A stretch of 64,000 nucleotides of DNA, taken from positions 1 through 64,000 of the forward strand of contig JAQCIU010000011.1 in assembly GCA_027593235.1 (NCBI GenBank), read 5' to 3'. The notes under the pieces are model-generated. The model had not been told where the DNA came from. It did no database searches and saw only the letters and a program-made list of their open reading frames with translations. Source of the stretch: Chloroflexota bacterium. Its GTDB lineage: Bacteria > Chloroflexota > Dehalococcoidia > UBA2979. A program made the translations under genes and the position numbers. This document shows positions 29,052 to 39,984 of this stretch, one piece after another; position 1 is the first letter of the stretch; each line of letters begins with the position of its first letter.

Positions 29052-31277
29052 CTACGCCGCGTCGATAATCGCGTTCAGCGTCGGGCTCGGCCGCATCGCG
29101 CTGGCGGCGCGGGCGGGGTCGAAGAGGTAGTAGCCGCCGACGTCGACGGGTTCGCCCTGGGCGGCCAGCAGCTCGTCGACGATGGTGGCCTCGTTGTCCG
29201 CGAGGGCCTTCGCGACCACGGCGAATCGCTGCTGCAGCGCGGTGTCCTTCTGCTGGGCGGCCAGTGCCTGCGCCCAGTACAGGGCGAGGTAGAACGCGCT
29301 GCCGCGGTTGTCGATCTCCTTGACCTTGCGGGAGGGTGCGCGCGCGTGCTCTAGGTAGCCGGTGATCGCCTCGTCCAGCGTCTCGGCGAAGATCGAGGCG
29401 GCGGCGTTGCCGGAGCTTTCGGCGAGCGCCTCGAGCGACGGGACGATGGCGCAGTACTCGCCGAGCGAGTCCCAGCGGAGGTGGCCCTCCTCCAGGAACT
29501 GCTGCACGTGCTTGGGAGCGGATCCGCCGGCGCCGGTCTCGAACAGTCCGCCGCCCTCGAGCAGCGGCACGATCGACAGCATGCGGGCGCTCGTGCCGAG
29601 CTCCAGGATCGGGAAGAGGTCGGTCAGGTAGTCGCGGAGCACGTTGCCGGTGACGGAAATGGTGTCCTCGCCGCGGCGGATGCGCTCCAGGGAGAGCTTC
29701 ATCGCGTCGACCGGGCTGAGGATGCGGATGTCCAGCCCGTCGGTGTTGTGGTCCTTCAGGTACTCGTTGACCTTCTTGATCAGCTCGGCGTCGTGACCGC
29801 GCTGTTCGTCGAGCCAGAAGACGGCGGGCGCGCCGGTGGCACGGGCTCGAGCGACGCCCAGCCTGACCCAGTCGCGAATCGGCGCGTCTTTGGTCTGGCA
29901 CATGCGGAAGATGTCGCCGGCCTCGGCGGGCTGTTCGAGGAGCGTCGCACCGCTGGCGTCGACCACGCGGAAGGTGCCGGACTCGGGCGCCTCGAAGGTC
30001 TTGTCGTGGGAGCCGTACTCCTCGGCCTTCTGGGCCATCAGCCCGACGTTGGAGACGTTGCCCATCGTCGAGGGGTCGAACTGGCCGTTGGCCTTGGCGT
30101 CTTCGAGGATCTCGGCGTACATCGTGGCGTAGGAGCGATCGGGGATCACCGCGACGCAGTCCTGCAGCTCGTCGTTGGCGTCCCACATCTTGCCGCCATC
30201 GCGGACGATGTTCGGCATCGAGGCGTCGACGATGATGTCGTTGGGGAAGTGGAGGGCCGTGATCCCCCGTCGCGAATCAACCATGGCGAGAGCCGGCCGC
30301 AGCAGGTTCTCGGCTGCGATGTCGGCCTCGACTTCCGCTTTCTTCTCCGCCGGCAGCCGGCCGACTTTCTCGAGGATGTCGCCGAGTCCGTTGTTGGGAT
30401 TCGCACCGACTTCGGCGAGCGCGGCGCCGTGCTTCGCGAGGACATCGCGGTAGTACATCGAAACGCAGTGGCCGAAAATGACCGGGTCGGAGACCTTCAT
30501 CATCGTGGCCTTGAGGTGGAGCGAGAAGAGCGTGCCCTCCTGCTTCGCGGCGTCGATCTGCTCGGCGAAGAAGGTGCGGAGTGCTGCGGCGCTCATCAGC
30601 GACGTGTCGATGACCTCGCCGGCCTGTAGGGCGAGACCGTCCTTCAGCACGGCTGCGGAGCCGTTCGCCGGGACGAACTCGATGCGGGCGTCGGTCGGCG
30701 CGGCGACGGTCGTCGAGCGCTCACTCCCGTAGAAATCACCGCCGGTCATGTGCGCGACGCGCGCCTTCGATCCGGATTCGGGCCACGGCTGCATCATGCG
30801 ATGCGGCTGCTGTTGGGCGAACTTCTTCACCGCCTGCGGCGGGCGTCGGTCCGAGTTGCCCTCGCGAAGGACCGGGTTCACGGCGGAGCCGAGCACCACG
30901 GCGTAGCGAGCCTGGATGGCGCGCTCCTCGTCGGTTGATGGGTCGCCGGGGTAGTCGGGGACGTTGTAGCCGGCGGCCTGAAGCTCGTCGATGGCGTCCT
31001 GGAGCTGCGGCGCGGTGGCGCTGATGTTCGGGAGCTTGATGATGTTGGCGTCGGGCTGGAGCGTCAGGTTGCCGAGCTCCGTGAGGCGATCGGGGATGCG
31101 CTGGTCCTCGGTCAGATGCTCCGGGAAGTTGGCGATGATGCGACCGGCGAGCGAGATGTCGCTGGTCTCGATGTCGATGCCTGTGCCGCCGAGGTAGGCC
31201 TCGAGGATCGGGAGCAGGCTGTAGGTCGCCAGGGCGGGCGCTTCGTCGGTCAGCGTCCAGAAGATCTTTGCGGTCAT
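29052..31277 (-). CDS. icd: Monomeric NADP-dependent isocitrate dehydrogenase
   Basis: [58 protein letters not shown]; 741 aa. Confidence 0.97.
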   Translation of the reverse strand: MTAKIFWTLTDEAPALATYSLLPILEAYLGGTGIDIETSDISLAGRIIANFPEHLTEDQRIPDRLTELGNLTLQPDANIIKLPNISATAPQLQDAIDELQAAGYNVPDYPGDPSTDEERAIQARYAVVLGSAVNPVLREGNSDRRPPQAVKKFAQQQPHRMMQPWPESGSKARVAHMTGGDFYGSERSTTVAAPTDARIEFVPANGSAAVLKDGLALQAGEVIDTSLMSAAALRTFFAEQIDAAKQEGTLFSLHLKATMMKVSDPVIFGHCVSMYYRDVLAKHGAALAEVGANPNNGLGDILEKVGRLPAEKKAEVEADIAAENLLRPALAMVDSRRGITALHFPNDIIVDASMPNIVRDGGKMWDANDELQDCVAVIPDRSYATMYAEILEDAKANGQFDPSTMGNVSNVGLMAQKAEEYGSHDKTFEAPESGTFRVVDASGATLLEQPAEAGDIFRMCQTKDAPIRDWVRLGVARARATGAPAVFWLDEQRGHDAELIKKVNEYLKDHNTDGLDIRILSPVDAMKLSLERIRRGEDTISVTGNVLRDYLTDLFPILELGTSARMLSIVPLLEGGGLFETGAGGSAPKHVQQFLEEGHLRWDSLGEYCAIVPSLEALAESSGNAAASIFAETLDEAITGYLEHARAPSRKVKEIDNRGSAFYLALYWAQALAAQQKDTALQQRFAVVAKALADNEATIVDELLAAQGEPVDVGGYYLFDPARAASAMRPSPTLNAIIDAA

Positions 31278-31497
31278 ACCGGCTCCCTTGTATATGCGTC
31301 TCGGAGCGCTCCGCGTTGCGGTGGTCTCCAGAAACGATCCTGCGCGGCGGCGGACGAGGTGCCGGCTTCGCGGCCTCAGAGTCTATTCCAAGGGCTCCTG
31401 AGGACACAGGCGGGGTAGGCCTCGCGCGGGCGCGCGTCCTCGTACGATGCGCGCAGCGTTCCCGATACGAACGGCAGTGGGCAGCGGAGGTTCGTGC

Positions 31498-31990
31498 ATG
31501 CACGCCGATATGGAAGTGCTGGTGAAGGCGCGCCCGCCGGCGGTGCCCGGGCAGACGATCGAGGACATCCGTGCCGCCTGGGCCGTGTACACCGCAGCGC
31601 TGGCTCGCCCCGCGCCCGAGGACATGACGGTCTTCGACCGGACTATCCCGACGCCCGAGCGGGACGTGCCGGTGCGCATCTATCACCCGGCCGGCCACCC
31701 GGCGCCGCGCCCCGCGATTCTCTATATGCACGGCGGCGGCTTCATGAAGGGCGACCTGGACAGTTCGGACAGCGTCGCCTGGGGATTCGCGGACCAGACC
31801 GGCGCCAGCGTGGTCAGCATCGACTACCTGCTGGCGCCGGAGCATCCGTATCCGGCGGCGTTCAACGACTGCTACGGCGTGCTGACCTGGCTGGCGGAGC
31901 ACGGCGGCGAGATCGAGATCGACGGCGGCCGGCTGGCGGTTGCCGGTGACAGCGCCGGTGGCCAACTGGCCGCCGGCCTGTGCCTGGCCT
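31498..31990 (+). pseudogene. HSL-family esterase/lipase, 3'-truncated
   Basis: HGGGF, DY.LAPEHPYPAA, GDSAGG present; similarity ends at LCLA and the catalytic Asp/His half is missing. Confidence 0.8.
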
Positions 31991-33338
31991 CGACGGCGAC
32001 GGCGACGGCGACGGCGATGCCGACGGCTCGGCCTTCCTCGTCGCGGAGTTGGGTGGCGAGACGACCGCGTTCACGGACACGCGCAACGCGTTCAGCCTGT
32101 CGGCGCGCAACCTGTCGAACGAGCAGCGCCGCCGGTTCGAGGTGGGCGATTCCTTCTTCACACAGAACTGGGTGACCGCGCCCGCCAGCACCGACGCGCG
32201 CGACGGCCTGGGTCCGTTGTTTAACGCGCAGTCCTGTTCGTCCTGCCACGTCCTGGACGGTCGCGGCCGCCCGCCGACCGACGACGACGACCCGGAGCGC
32301 GGCCTGCTGCTGCGGCTGTCCGTCCCCGGCACCGACGACCACGGCGGCCCGCTGCCCGATCCGATCTACGGCGGCCAGCTCCAGGACCGCGCGATCCTGG
32401 GCCTGATGCCGGAGGGCGCGATCTCGATCGAGTGGACCGAGATCAGCGGCGAATACGACGACGGCACGCCCTACACGCTGCGCGCGCCGACCTACCGCAT
32501 CGCCGACCCGGCGTACGGCGAGCTGTCCTCGGAGCTGATGATCTCGCCTCGGATTGCGCCGGCGACGATCGTCATGGGGCTACTGGAGGCGATCCCGGAC
32601 AGCCGGCTGCTGGAGCTGGCGGACCCGGGCGACGAGGACGGCGACGGGATCTCCGGCCGCGTGAACATGGTCTGGGACGTGCGCAGCGGAACGCTCGTGA
32701 TCGGCCGCTTCGGCTGGAAGGCCGGCCAGCCGAGCGTCGAACAGCAGAGTGCCGGCGCCTTCAACGGCGACATCGGCATCACCAGCACGCTCTTCCCCAA
32801 CGTCGATTGCACCTCGAGCCAGACGGACTGCCTGGAGGCGATTAACGGCGGCACGCCTGAGGTCTCGGACGAGCGACTTGCGGACGTGACGCTTTACGCC
32901 AGCACGCTGGCGGTGCCGGCGATGCGCAACCTGGATGACGAAGAAGTGCGCCGCGGCGCGGACGTGCTGATGCGCGCCGGCTGCACCGGCTGCCACGTCG
33001 CGCCGCACGAGACCAGCGGCCACGCGATCGAGGCGCTCAACGGCCAGACGATCCTGCCGTTCACCGACCTGCTCCTGCACGACATGGGCGAGGGCCTGTC
33101 CGACCATCGTCCCGTCTTCAGCGCCAGCGGCAGCGAGTGGCGCACGCCGCCGCTCTGGGGCATCGGCCTGACCGAGACCGTCAACGATCACACCAACTTC
33201 CTGCACGACGGCCGCGCGCGTTCACTGATGGAGGCGATCCTCTGGCACGACGGTGAAGGCGCCGGCTCGCGTGACGCCTTCAAGGCGTTGAGCGCCGAGG
33301 ACCGCGCCGCCCTGATCCGCTTCCTGGAGTCACTGTGA
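31980..33338 (+). CDS. Di-heme oxidoreductase family protein (DHOR/DUF1111), probably lacking its native 5' end
   Basis: GLGPLFNAQSCSSCH, GRFGWKA, CTGCH, TDLLLHDMG, WRTPPLWG, LHDGRAR; no signal peptide evident. Confidence 0.9.
   Translation: MPGLDGDGDGDGDADGSAFLVAELGGETTAFTDTRNAFSLSARNLSNEQRRRFEVGDSFFTQNWVTAPASTDARDGLGPLFNAQSCSSCHVLDGRGRPPTDDDDPERGLLLRLSVPGTDDHGGPLPDPIYGGQLQDRAILGLMPEGAISIEWTEISGEYDDGTPYTLRAPTYRIADPAYGELSSELMISPRIAPATIVMGLLEAIPDSRLLELADPGDEDGDGISGRVNMVWDVRSGTLVIGRFGWKAGQPSVEQQSAGAFNGDIGITSTLFPNVDCTSSQTDCLEAINGGTPEVSDERLADVTLYASTLAVPAMRNLDDEEVRRGADVLMRAGCTGCHVAPHETSGHAIEALNGQTILPFTDLLLHDMGEGLSDHRPVFSASGSEWRTPPLWGIGLTETVNDHTNFLHDGRARSLMEAILWHDGEGAGSRDAFKALSAEDRAALIRFLESL
31991..32027 (+). 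repeat. Short (GACGGC)n tandem repeat at the chimeric junction
   Basis: cgacggcgacggcgacggcgacggcgatgccgacggc. Confidence 0.8.
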
Positions 33339-34447
33339 TCCGACGTCCCGCCTCGAAGCTCACGCAGTCCTCGAAGGTCGCGCTTACCTCGGTGATCGCG
33401 CTGGTCGCCATCCTCGGTGCCGCGTGCGGCGGCGGCGGTCCCTCGCGCCAGGAGGTGGTGGCGACGATCGGCCGCGACGTCGCCGTACCCCGCTTCGAGG
33501 CGATGGCCGCGGACACCGCGGCGCTGGCGGAAGCCGGCCAAGCGCTCTGCGCCGTGCCCGGCAGCGAGGCCGTCGAGGTGGCCCGTGACGCCTGGCGCGC
33601 AGCGCGCACGAGCTGGATCGGCAACGAGGCGGTCGCCTTCGGTCCGGTGATGGACCGTCGCTCCGAGTCGCTGATCGCCTGGCCCGAGGTCGACGCCGCC
33701 CGGATCGAATCAACGATCGCGGAACGCGATTCCGTCACCGCCGAGGACGTCCGCGAGTTCTTCGCCGCCACCCAGCGCGGCCTCGGCGCGGCCGAGTACC
33801 TGCTGTTCACCGACGACGTGCCCACCACCCTGGCCGCGCTCGAAGACCCGGTCCGCTGCCAGTACCTCATCGCCGTGCTCTAGGTCGTGGACGCCGAGGC
33901 GCTGGCAATCTTCGGCGCCTGGATCGAGGGCGAGGAGGGCGGCGACTCCTACCTCGATCGGCTCAGCGGCGAGGCCGGCGTCTCGATCGATGTCGGCGCG
34001 GCGATCGACGAGATCGGCGGGACGCAGCTCTTCCTGCTCCGCATGTTCGCCGACGCGCAGCTTGGCATGGCCCTCGGTGAAACCGACCCGACACCGGACC
34101 CATCGGCGATCCCGAGCGGACCCGCCACCAACGAAACCGCGGACCTGCTCGCCCAGCTCCAAGGCATCCGCGACGTCTACCTCGGCCCCGACGACAACGG
34201 CCTCACGGCCCTGATCGCCGGTCGCTCCAACGACGCCGACACCCGCGTCCGCGCAGCCCTCGATCGCGCCGTCGCGGCGGTGGAGGCGGTACCCGGCCCG
34301 CTCCGCGAACTGGCTGCCGCCGACGCCCCGGAGGCGCACGCCGCCTACGAGGCGATCGAAGCCCTCGAGGTGGAGTGGAACACCGACGTGGTCAGCCTGC
34401 TGGGGATCGTCGTCGGCTTCAGCGATGCGGATGGGGACAGCGGCTAA
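33335..34447 (+). CDS. Imelysin (M75)-family lipoprotein interrupted by an in-frame TAG at 33881-33883
   Basis: Lipobox LGAAC, AR.AW, FGP, RGLGAAEYLLF; the same frame continues after the TAG to the typical GFSDADGD end. Confidence 0.85.
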
Positions 34448-35937
34448 GGCGCTGGTTCATCCTCGAGCGGTAGCACCCAGTCCTTCGCTCCGGGGCGGTA
34501 GGCGATCGCTCCGAGGTCCGCGTCCGGGTCGATCAGCCGCGCAGGCGCGCGGCCGTTGAAGGCGACGAACACGTCGGCGCGCACCTCGACGGCGGGGTGA
34601 CCGCGGCGGGCGAAGTCCTCGCGGATCACGTGCGCGGCCTGGAGCAGCATGTCGGGCTGGGTGGACATCACGCGCACCTGGAGCGGGGTGTAGTAGTCGG
34701 CCGGTGAGACGCGCCAGCGTTCGCCGGTGGCGGGGTCGGTGACGCGGAGCTCGGCGAAGCCGGCCTTCTCCGAGAGCATCACGCGCCAGCCGAAGCGGTA
34801 GCCATCCTCGGACCAGCGCACGTTGCTGGCGTAAGCGTAGTGCCGCAGCGGTAGCGCGATCTGCACGAGGGCGAACACCCCGATCGCGAGCACGCCGGCG
34901 CGCGCCTGCCAGCTCACGCGTGGCCTCGGGTGGGGCGGCGCTGCCGAGGTGGACTCGCGGACCTCGAGGGCGGGCTCAGCCCTCGGACGGCCCGCGCTCG
35001 GGCGGATGCGCGTGAGGACGCGGCGGGGCCAGTCGGGCGGGAAGAAGAGCAGCGTCCCGCCGATCATCAGCCACGGGAAGATGCCGATCGGGAATAGCAG
35101 CCACGTCAGCGTGTGGAAGACGATGACCGCGACGTAGGCGAACGGCCGCGAGCGGCGCCAGAGCAGCCAGCCGACGATCGTGCAGTCGAAGGCCGCGCCG
35201 GCCCACGAGAAGACGAACGCCGTTGCCGGGACCGCGAGCAGCGGGCCGACTAGCGGCAGGTCGTCGTGGTTCGCGAGCCAGATGCTCAGCGGTTGCGCCT
35301 CGAAGAGCCAGTCGGGGTTGAGCTTGGCGATGCCCGCGAACAGGTAGACCGCCGCGAGCTGCGCGCGCAGCACCCAGATCACCCACACCGGAACCGTCGA
35401 GGCGGCCCCGATGCGTTCGTCTCCTGGGACCCGCCCCGCACGCGCGTCGAGCGAGGCGACGCGGTCCAGCGGCATGAAGACCATCAGCAAGGCGGCGAGG
35501 CTGACCCAGTAATAGTGGTTGAGGTAGGTGGTCTGGTCGATCAACTCGACATAAGTGAACAGCGCGAAGTACGAGGCGATCGCCAGCCGGTAGCGGTAGC
35601 CGACCATGACCGCGAGCGCGGCCGCGCCCATCAGCGCGAAGTGCAGGTACATCCCCGCTGCCGGCCACGGCTGCACCCAGCCGAACCCCCAGTACTGGAA
35701 GTGATGCGCCGGCTGCACGTAGAACTCGTCGATCCAGCCGTAGACGAAGAAGCGCACCACGCCGAGGAAGGCGAGCGCTCCGAACGCCACGCGGAACACG
35801 ACCGCCGAGGAACCATCGACGGGCCTCGAGGCTGCACGCGCGACGCGGTCGAGGCGCGCCAGCGGACCGCGCACCTCGGAGGTGCGTTGGGCCTCGGCGG
35901 TTTCGAGGCGCGGACGGGTGGGGGCGTGGCTGGCCAT
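34444..35937 (-). CDS. HTTM domain protein (vitamin K-dependent gamma-carboxylase-like)
   Basis: YLNHYY, VYLFAGIAKLNPDWL, IGIFPW, GYRFGWRVML.EK, QPDMLLQAAH motifs. Confidence 0.9.
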   Translation of the reverse strand: MASHAPTRPRLETAEAQRTSEVRGPLARLDRVARAASRPVDGSSAVVFRVAFGALAFLGVVRFFVYGWIDEFYVQPAHHFQYWGFGWVQPWPAAGMYLHFALMGAAALAVMVGYRYRLAIASYFALFTYVELIDQTTYLNHYYWVSLAALLMVFMPLDRVASLDARAGRVPGDERIGAASTVPVWVIWVLRAQLAAVYLFAGIAKLNPDWLFEAQPLSIWLANHDDLPLVGPLLAVPATAFVFSWAGAAFDCTIVGWLLWRRSRPFAYVAVIVFHTLTWLLFPIGIFPWLMIGGTLLFFPPDWPRRVLTRIRPSAGRPRAEPALEVRESTSAAPPHPRPRVSWQARAGVLAIGVFALVQIALPLRHYAYASNVRWSEDGYRFGWRVMLSEKAGFAELRVTDPATGERWRVSPADYYTPLQVRVMSTQPDMLLQAAHVIREDFARRGHPAVEVRADVFVAFNGRAPARLIDPDADLGAIAYRPGAKDWVLPLEDEPAP

Positions 35938-36000
35938 GGCCTCGATGATCGCGCCTGGCAAGGGCGGATGCGAGCAGGGGCGGCGGGCCGCCGGAGGGGG

Positions 36001-37089
36001 CTAGGCGGGGGCCGGGAGGATGAAGCCGACGTTTGGGATCGGCGGGCGAACGACGGCCGCCAGCTCCGCGGCGGCTTCGGGAGAGTTGGAGTTGCCTCGG
36101 GTGATGCGGTCGAGGCCGTTGACCGTCGCGTCGCCGGTCCACCAGTCGCCGTAGGGGGCGCCGTCCGGCTTCACGCCGTAGAGGCGCACGTTGTCGCCGA
36201 AGGTGACATTCGCGCCCTCCCAGGCGAAGCCCGCGACGTTCGCCACCGGCGACTGCGGGATCACGCTGAGCGTGTGGTCCACCGTCACCACTGAGCGGCT
36301 GCTGACGCCGAAGCCGACGTTCGCCTGGCCGATCGAGGTGAAGCCCGTGACGTGGGCCGTGCTCCCACCTTCGAACATCAGGCCTGAACCGGTGCTCGAT
36401 CCCTGCTCCGTACCGCGCATTTCGGTGACGACGTTCTCGATCAAGACGTTGTCGGCGGTGCCGATGCTGATCGCATCCTCCTGCCGCGGTGCGAACGGGC
36501 CAGTGGCCGTGAAATCGGTCAGCGCGTAGTGATTGCGGATCGTGATGTCACGCGACCGCTTTTCCTTGAACTCCCAGGTTTGGAAGTGCTGGCCGCGCGG
36601 GAACGGTCCGCGTGGGTTGTAGGTGAAGCAGCCGTCCAGCAACACGCCCTCGCACGCCTCGACGCGCACGAGGGAGTCCGCGTAGGCGACGACTGAGCCG
36701 ATCAGCTCGACGTTGTTCGAGCGGAGGAAGCGCACGCCCGCCTCGGCGTCGGACCAGTCGTCGCGCCCCGGGACGTTTCGCGAAACGAGGCCGTTGCGGA
36801 GTGAGACGTTCTCGCAGTCCTCGACGGCGATGCCGCCACCGAAGAACTGGAAGCCATCGACGACCACGTCGCGGCAGTTCTTCAGCCGCAGCGCGTGGTT
36901 CGCACCACCGGGGCCGATCGTCACCGCGAGGTCTCTCAGGACGATGCTGCTCTGGTTGGACACGACGATCGTTTCCGAGGGCCAGATGCTCTCGAGTGTT
37001 TCCGTGAACAGGCCGCTGAGTGGCCGCACGGCGAGACCGACGCCAATAGCGGCCGGGATGAACAACAACCGCCGTCTGCTGATCGCCAC
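36001..37089 (-). CDS. Secreted right-handed beta-helix (pectin-lyase-like) protein with probable Tat signal
   Basis: SRRRLLF followed by a hydrophobic stretch; repeated NxxDVVV / ENVSL / NNVEL / EDAIS..DNVLIENV rungs. Confidence 0.7.
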   Translation of the reverse strand: MAISRRRLLFIPAAIGVGLAVRPLSGLFTETLESIWPSETIVVSNQSSIVLRDLAVTIGPGGANHALRLKNCRDVVVDGFQFFGGGIAVEDCENVSLRNGLVSRNVPGRDDWSDAEAGVRFLRSNNVELIGSVVAYADSLVRVEACEGVLLDGCFTYNPRGPFPRGQHFQTWEFKEKRSRDITIRNHYALTDFTATGPFAPRQEDAISIGTADNVLIENVVTEMRGTEQGSSTGSGLMFEGGSTAHVTGFTSIGQANVGFGVSSRSVVTVDHTLSVIPQSPVANVAGFAWEGANVTFGDNVRLYGVKPDGAPYGDWWTGDATVNGLDRITRGNSNSPEAAAELAAVVRPPIPNVGFILPAPA

Positions 37090-37222
37090 TGGTACCCCTG
37101 ATCGCCGATTGCTCGAGGCGATTCCATTGTCCGCCGCCCGCGCGTTTCGCGATCGGTCGGTGCGGCGATCAGTTGCTGGGCCTCGGGCGGCCTCTGCCTG
37201 AGCTTGTACGCCGCCACCGGTC

Positions 37223-38674
37223 TCAGGCTCTCGCGGCGCGCCCATGTGCTTCGGCGCGCTGAACCAGGCTCTGCGTCATGCCGCTGAAGATCCGTGGGTG
37301 CACGGGGGCGAGCGCGTACCAGTACAGCAGGCCCAACGTGCCCTCGGGGTGAAAGCTGGCCACCGTGGTCAGCCGTGAACGCCGATCGTCCAGCGCCTCC
37401 AGTCGGAACTCCAGCAGCGCGCGGCCCGGCATCTTCATCTCCGCCAGCAGGGTCAGCCGCCGCTCCGGCTCCACGCGCACGACGCGCCAAAAATCGAGGG
37501 CGTCACCGACGCGCAGCTCGTTCGGGTCGCGCCGGCGGCGGCGCATGCCCGGACCGCCGATCAGCCGATCGAGGGCGCCACGCATTCTCCAGAGCAGCGG
37601 GTAGGCGTACCAGCCATTCGCGCCGCCGATCTGTCGCACTTCGGCCCAGAGCTGATCGATCGGGACCAGTGCCACCGCTTCGGCATGCTCCTCTTTCGCG
37701 TAGAACGATGCCTCGTCGTCACCCTCGCCAAACCCGGGGTAGGGGAGCGCCGCTTCCGCCCAGTGACCGCTGCGGGTCGCCTCGCGTTCTGCGGCGATCG
37801 CCGCCTCGATCGCCGCGCGGTACCCGCTGAGTGGCACCGGCACCAGTGCGCGAATCGCGCGATCGTCGGCCAGCAGGTCCAGTTTCAGCCCGTCGATCAG
37901 CGGTCGCGCAACGCTGCTTGGCACTGCGGTCACCAGGTCCAACCAGTAGGAGGAGAGGCGCGGCGTCAGCACGGGCACCGGGAGCACGAGGATCCTTCGA
38001 CCGACCGTCTGGGCGTACTGCTTCATCAGCTCCTGGTAGCTGAGCGTCTCCGGACCGCCGACATCGAAGATGCCGCCCGCCGTTGCCTCGACGTCGATCA
38101 CGCCCTCGAGGTACGCGAGCAGATCGTCGAGGGCGATTGGCTGCGTGCGTGATCGCACCCAGCGCGGGGCGACCATCACCCGCAGATGATTCACGAGATC
38201 GCGAATCACCTCGAACGCGGCCGAGCCCGGGCCGACGATGATGCCCGCGCGTAGCTCCGTGACCGGAACCGGCCCGGCGCGGAGCACCTCGCCGGTCTCC
38301 GCCCGCGATGCGAGGTGTTCGGACGCCGCGGTCGCCGGCTGCAAGCCGCCGAGGAACACGATCCGCCGCACCCCGGCGCGGGCCGCCGCGTCGCGGAAGA
38401 TCGTGGCCGCCTCGCGGTCACGCTTCGCGTAGTCGCTTCCGCTGGCCATCGAATGGACGAGGTAGTACGCCACCTCGATGCCATCGAGCGCGGCGTCGAG
38501 CGATGTCGCGGAGCGTGCGTCCGCCTCGACGATCTCGACGCCGCTCCAGCCGCGTCCATCCAGCACCTCGCGATGCCTCGAGGCCGCCCGCACGCGGTGG
38601 CCAGACGCGACGAGTCGGGGCACCAGGTGTGCGCCGATGTAGCCGCTGGCGCCGAGCACGAGGATCTTCGTCAC
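37223..38674 (-). CDS. Atypical SDR / NAD(P)-binding protein with DUF2867 (YbjT-like)
   Basis: GASGYIG, YYLVHSM, GPGSAAFE, IGGANGWY, GDALDFWRV, AEMKMPG motifs. Confidence 0.88.
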   Translation of the reverse strand: MTKILVLGASGYIGAHLVPRLVASGHRVRAASRHREVLDGRGWSGVEIVEADARSATSLDAALDGIEVAYYLVHSMASGSDYAKRDREAATIFRDAAARAGVRRIVFLGGLQPATAASEHLASRAETGEVLRAGPVPVTELRAGIIVGPGSAAFEVIRDLVNHLRVMVAPRWVRSRTQPIALDDLLAYLEGVIDVEATAGGIFDVGGPETLSYQELMKQYAQTVGRRILVLPVPVLTPRLSSYWLDLVTAVPSSVARPLIDGLKLDLLADDRAIRALVPVPLSGYRAAIEAAIAAEREATRSGHWAEAALPYPGFGEGDDEASFYAKEEHAEAVALVPIDQLWAEVRQIGGANGWYAYPLLWRMRGALDRLIGGPGMRRRRRDPNELRVGDALDFWRVVRVEPERRLTLLAEMKMPGRALLEFRLEALDDRRSRLTTVASFHPEGTLGLLYWYALAPVHPRIFSGMTQSLVQRAEAHGRAARA

Positions 38675-38819
38675 CCAGGCAGGATAACCCGCTGGTCCTC
38701 GCCTGAGGCTTACCGGCTATCCGCGTCGAGTGTTGGGCGGCCCGACGATGCCGAGCCTGCGTTCGACCGCCGCATGCCAGAATCGACGCATCGAGGTCCG
38801 TGAGCACTGGAGCTTCGTC

Positions 38820-39836
38820 CTGAACGCACTCGTCTACACCGCCGCGGGTGAGGTCACCTACCGCGAAGAGGCGACGCCCGTCGCCGGCGACGGCGAGGTG
38901 CTGCTGTACGTCGACGCGGTTGGGCTCTGCGGCTCCGACCTGCATGCGGTCCTCGGGCGAGACGCGACGCGGACGCCGCCGCTGATCCTCGGGCACGAGG
39001 CGGTGGCCACGATCGCCGAGGGTCCGGAACGCGGGCTGCAGGTGGTGGTGAATCCGCTCATCCATTGCGGCGTCTGCGATCAATGCCTCCGAGGGCGCAC
39101 ACACCTCTGTCTGGGTCGCGTGCTGATCGGCATGCACCGACCCGGCGCCTTCGCCGGTGCGCTCACCGCTCCGCGCCGGAACCTGATCGAGGTACCTCCG
39201 GGGATGGCCGCGGCCGCGGCCGCGCTAACCGAGCCGGCCGCCACCGCGTTGCACGCGGTCCGCCTCGCTCAACGCGCGATCGCTGCATCCTCGGACACGC
39301 CGCTGGCCGAGGCGCGCACGCTCGTGATCGGCGGCGGGTCGGTCGGCGTGCTCGTCGCGCTTTGCCTCGCCGATGTCGGCGTCCGAGGCGTGCAACTCGC
39401 CGAGGTGAGCGCGTCGCGTCGCGCGACCGCCGAGGCAACCGGCGTTTGCGCGCCGTTCGATCCGATCGCGGAGCCGGCTGCCGCGGGGAGCTTTGACCTC
39501 GTGATCGACGCCGTCGGCAGCGCCGCGACCCGTGCCGCCTCGATCGCCGCGGTGTGCGGCGGTGGCGTCGTGGTGCACCTCGGCCTCGAGGACGGGGAGG
39601 GCGGGATCGACGCGCGCCAGCTCACGCGCGGGGAGGTCTGGTTCCTCGGCTCTTACAGCTATACGCCGGACGATCTACAGGTTGCGTTGGCGAAGCTGGC
39701 CGCGGGCGCCCTCGGTGACCTCGCCTGGGTCGAGGAGCGACCGCTGTCCGCCGGCGTCGCGGCGTTCGCGGAGCTGCTCCGCGGTGGCGACGCGCCGACG
39801 AAGATCGTGCTGCGCCCCGCGGATGGCGATCGCTAA
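38820..39836 (+). CDS. Zn-dependent MDR alcohol/sugar dehydrogenase
   Basis: GLCGSD, GHE, CGVCDQC..G..HLC, EP, GGGSVG. Start placed at CTG after GGAG (uncertain). Confidence 0.88.
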   Translation: MNALVYTAAGEVTYREEATPVAGDGEVLLYVDAVGLCGSDLHAVLGRDATRTPPLILGHEAVATIAEGPERGLQVVVNPLIHCGVCDQCLRGRTHLCLGRVLIGMHRPGAFAGALTAPRRNLIEVPPGMAAAAAALTEPAATALHAVRLAQRAIAASSDTPLAEARTLVIGGGSVGVLVALCLADVGVRGVQLAEVSASRRATAEATGVCAPFDPIAEPAAAGSFDLVIDAVGSAATRAASIAAVCGGGVVVHLGLEDGEGGIDARQLTRGEVWFLGSYSYTPDDLQVALAKLAAGALGDLAWVEERPLSAGVAAFAELLRGGDAPTKIVLRPADGDR

Positions 39837-39984
39837 ACCCGCGGCGCCGGAACACCGACGATTGGTGAAACGCTCCTCGCGTGGACTGCGGATCGGGTCT
39901 GAATCGTGAGCGTCGGGTCGCGCTCGAAGCAGTTCGAGGCCCAATCGGTTCCGCCTCGATACCATCGCGTCTCGTGGCTGAGGG

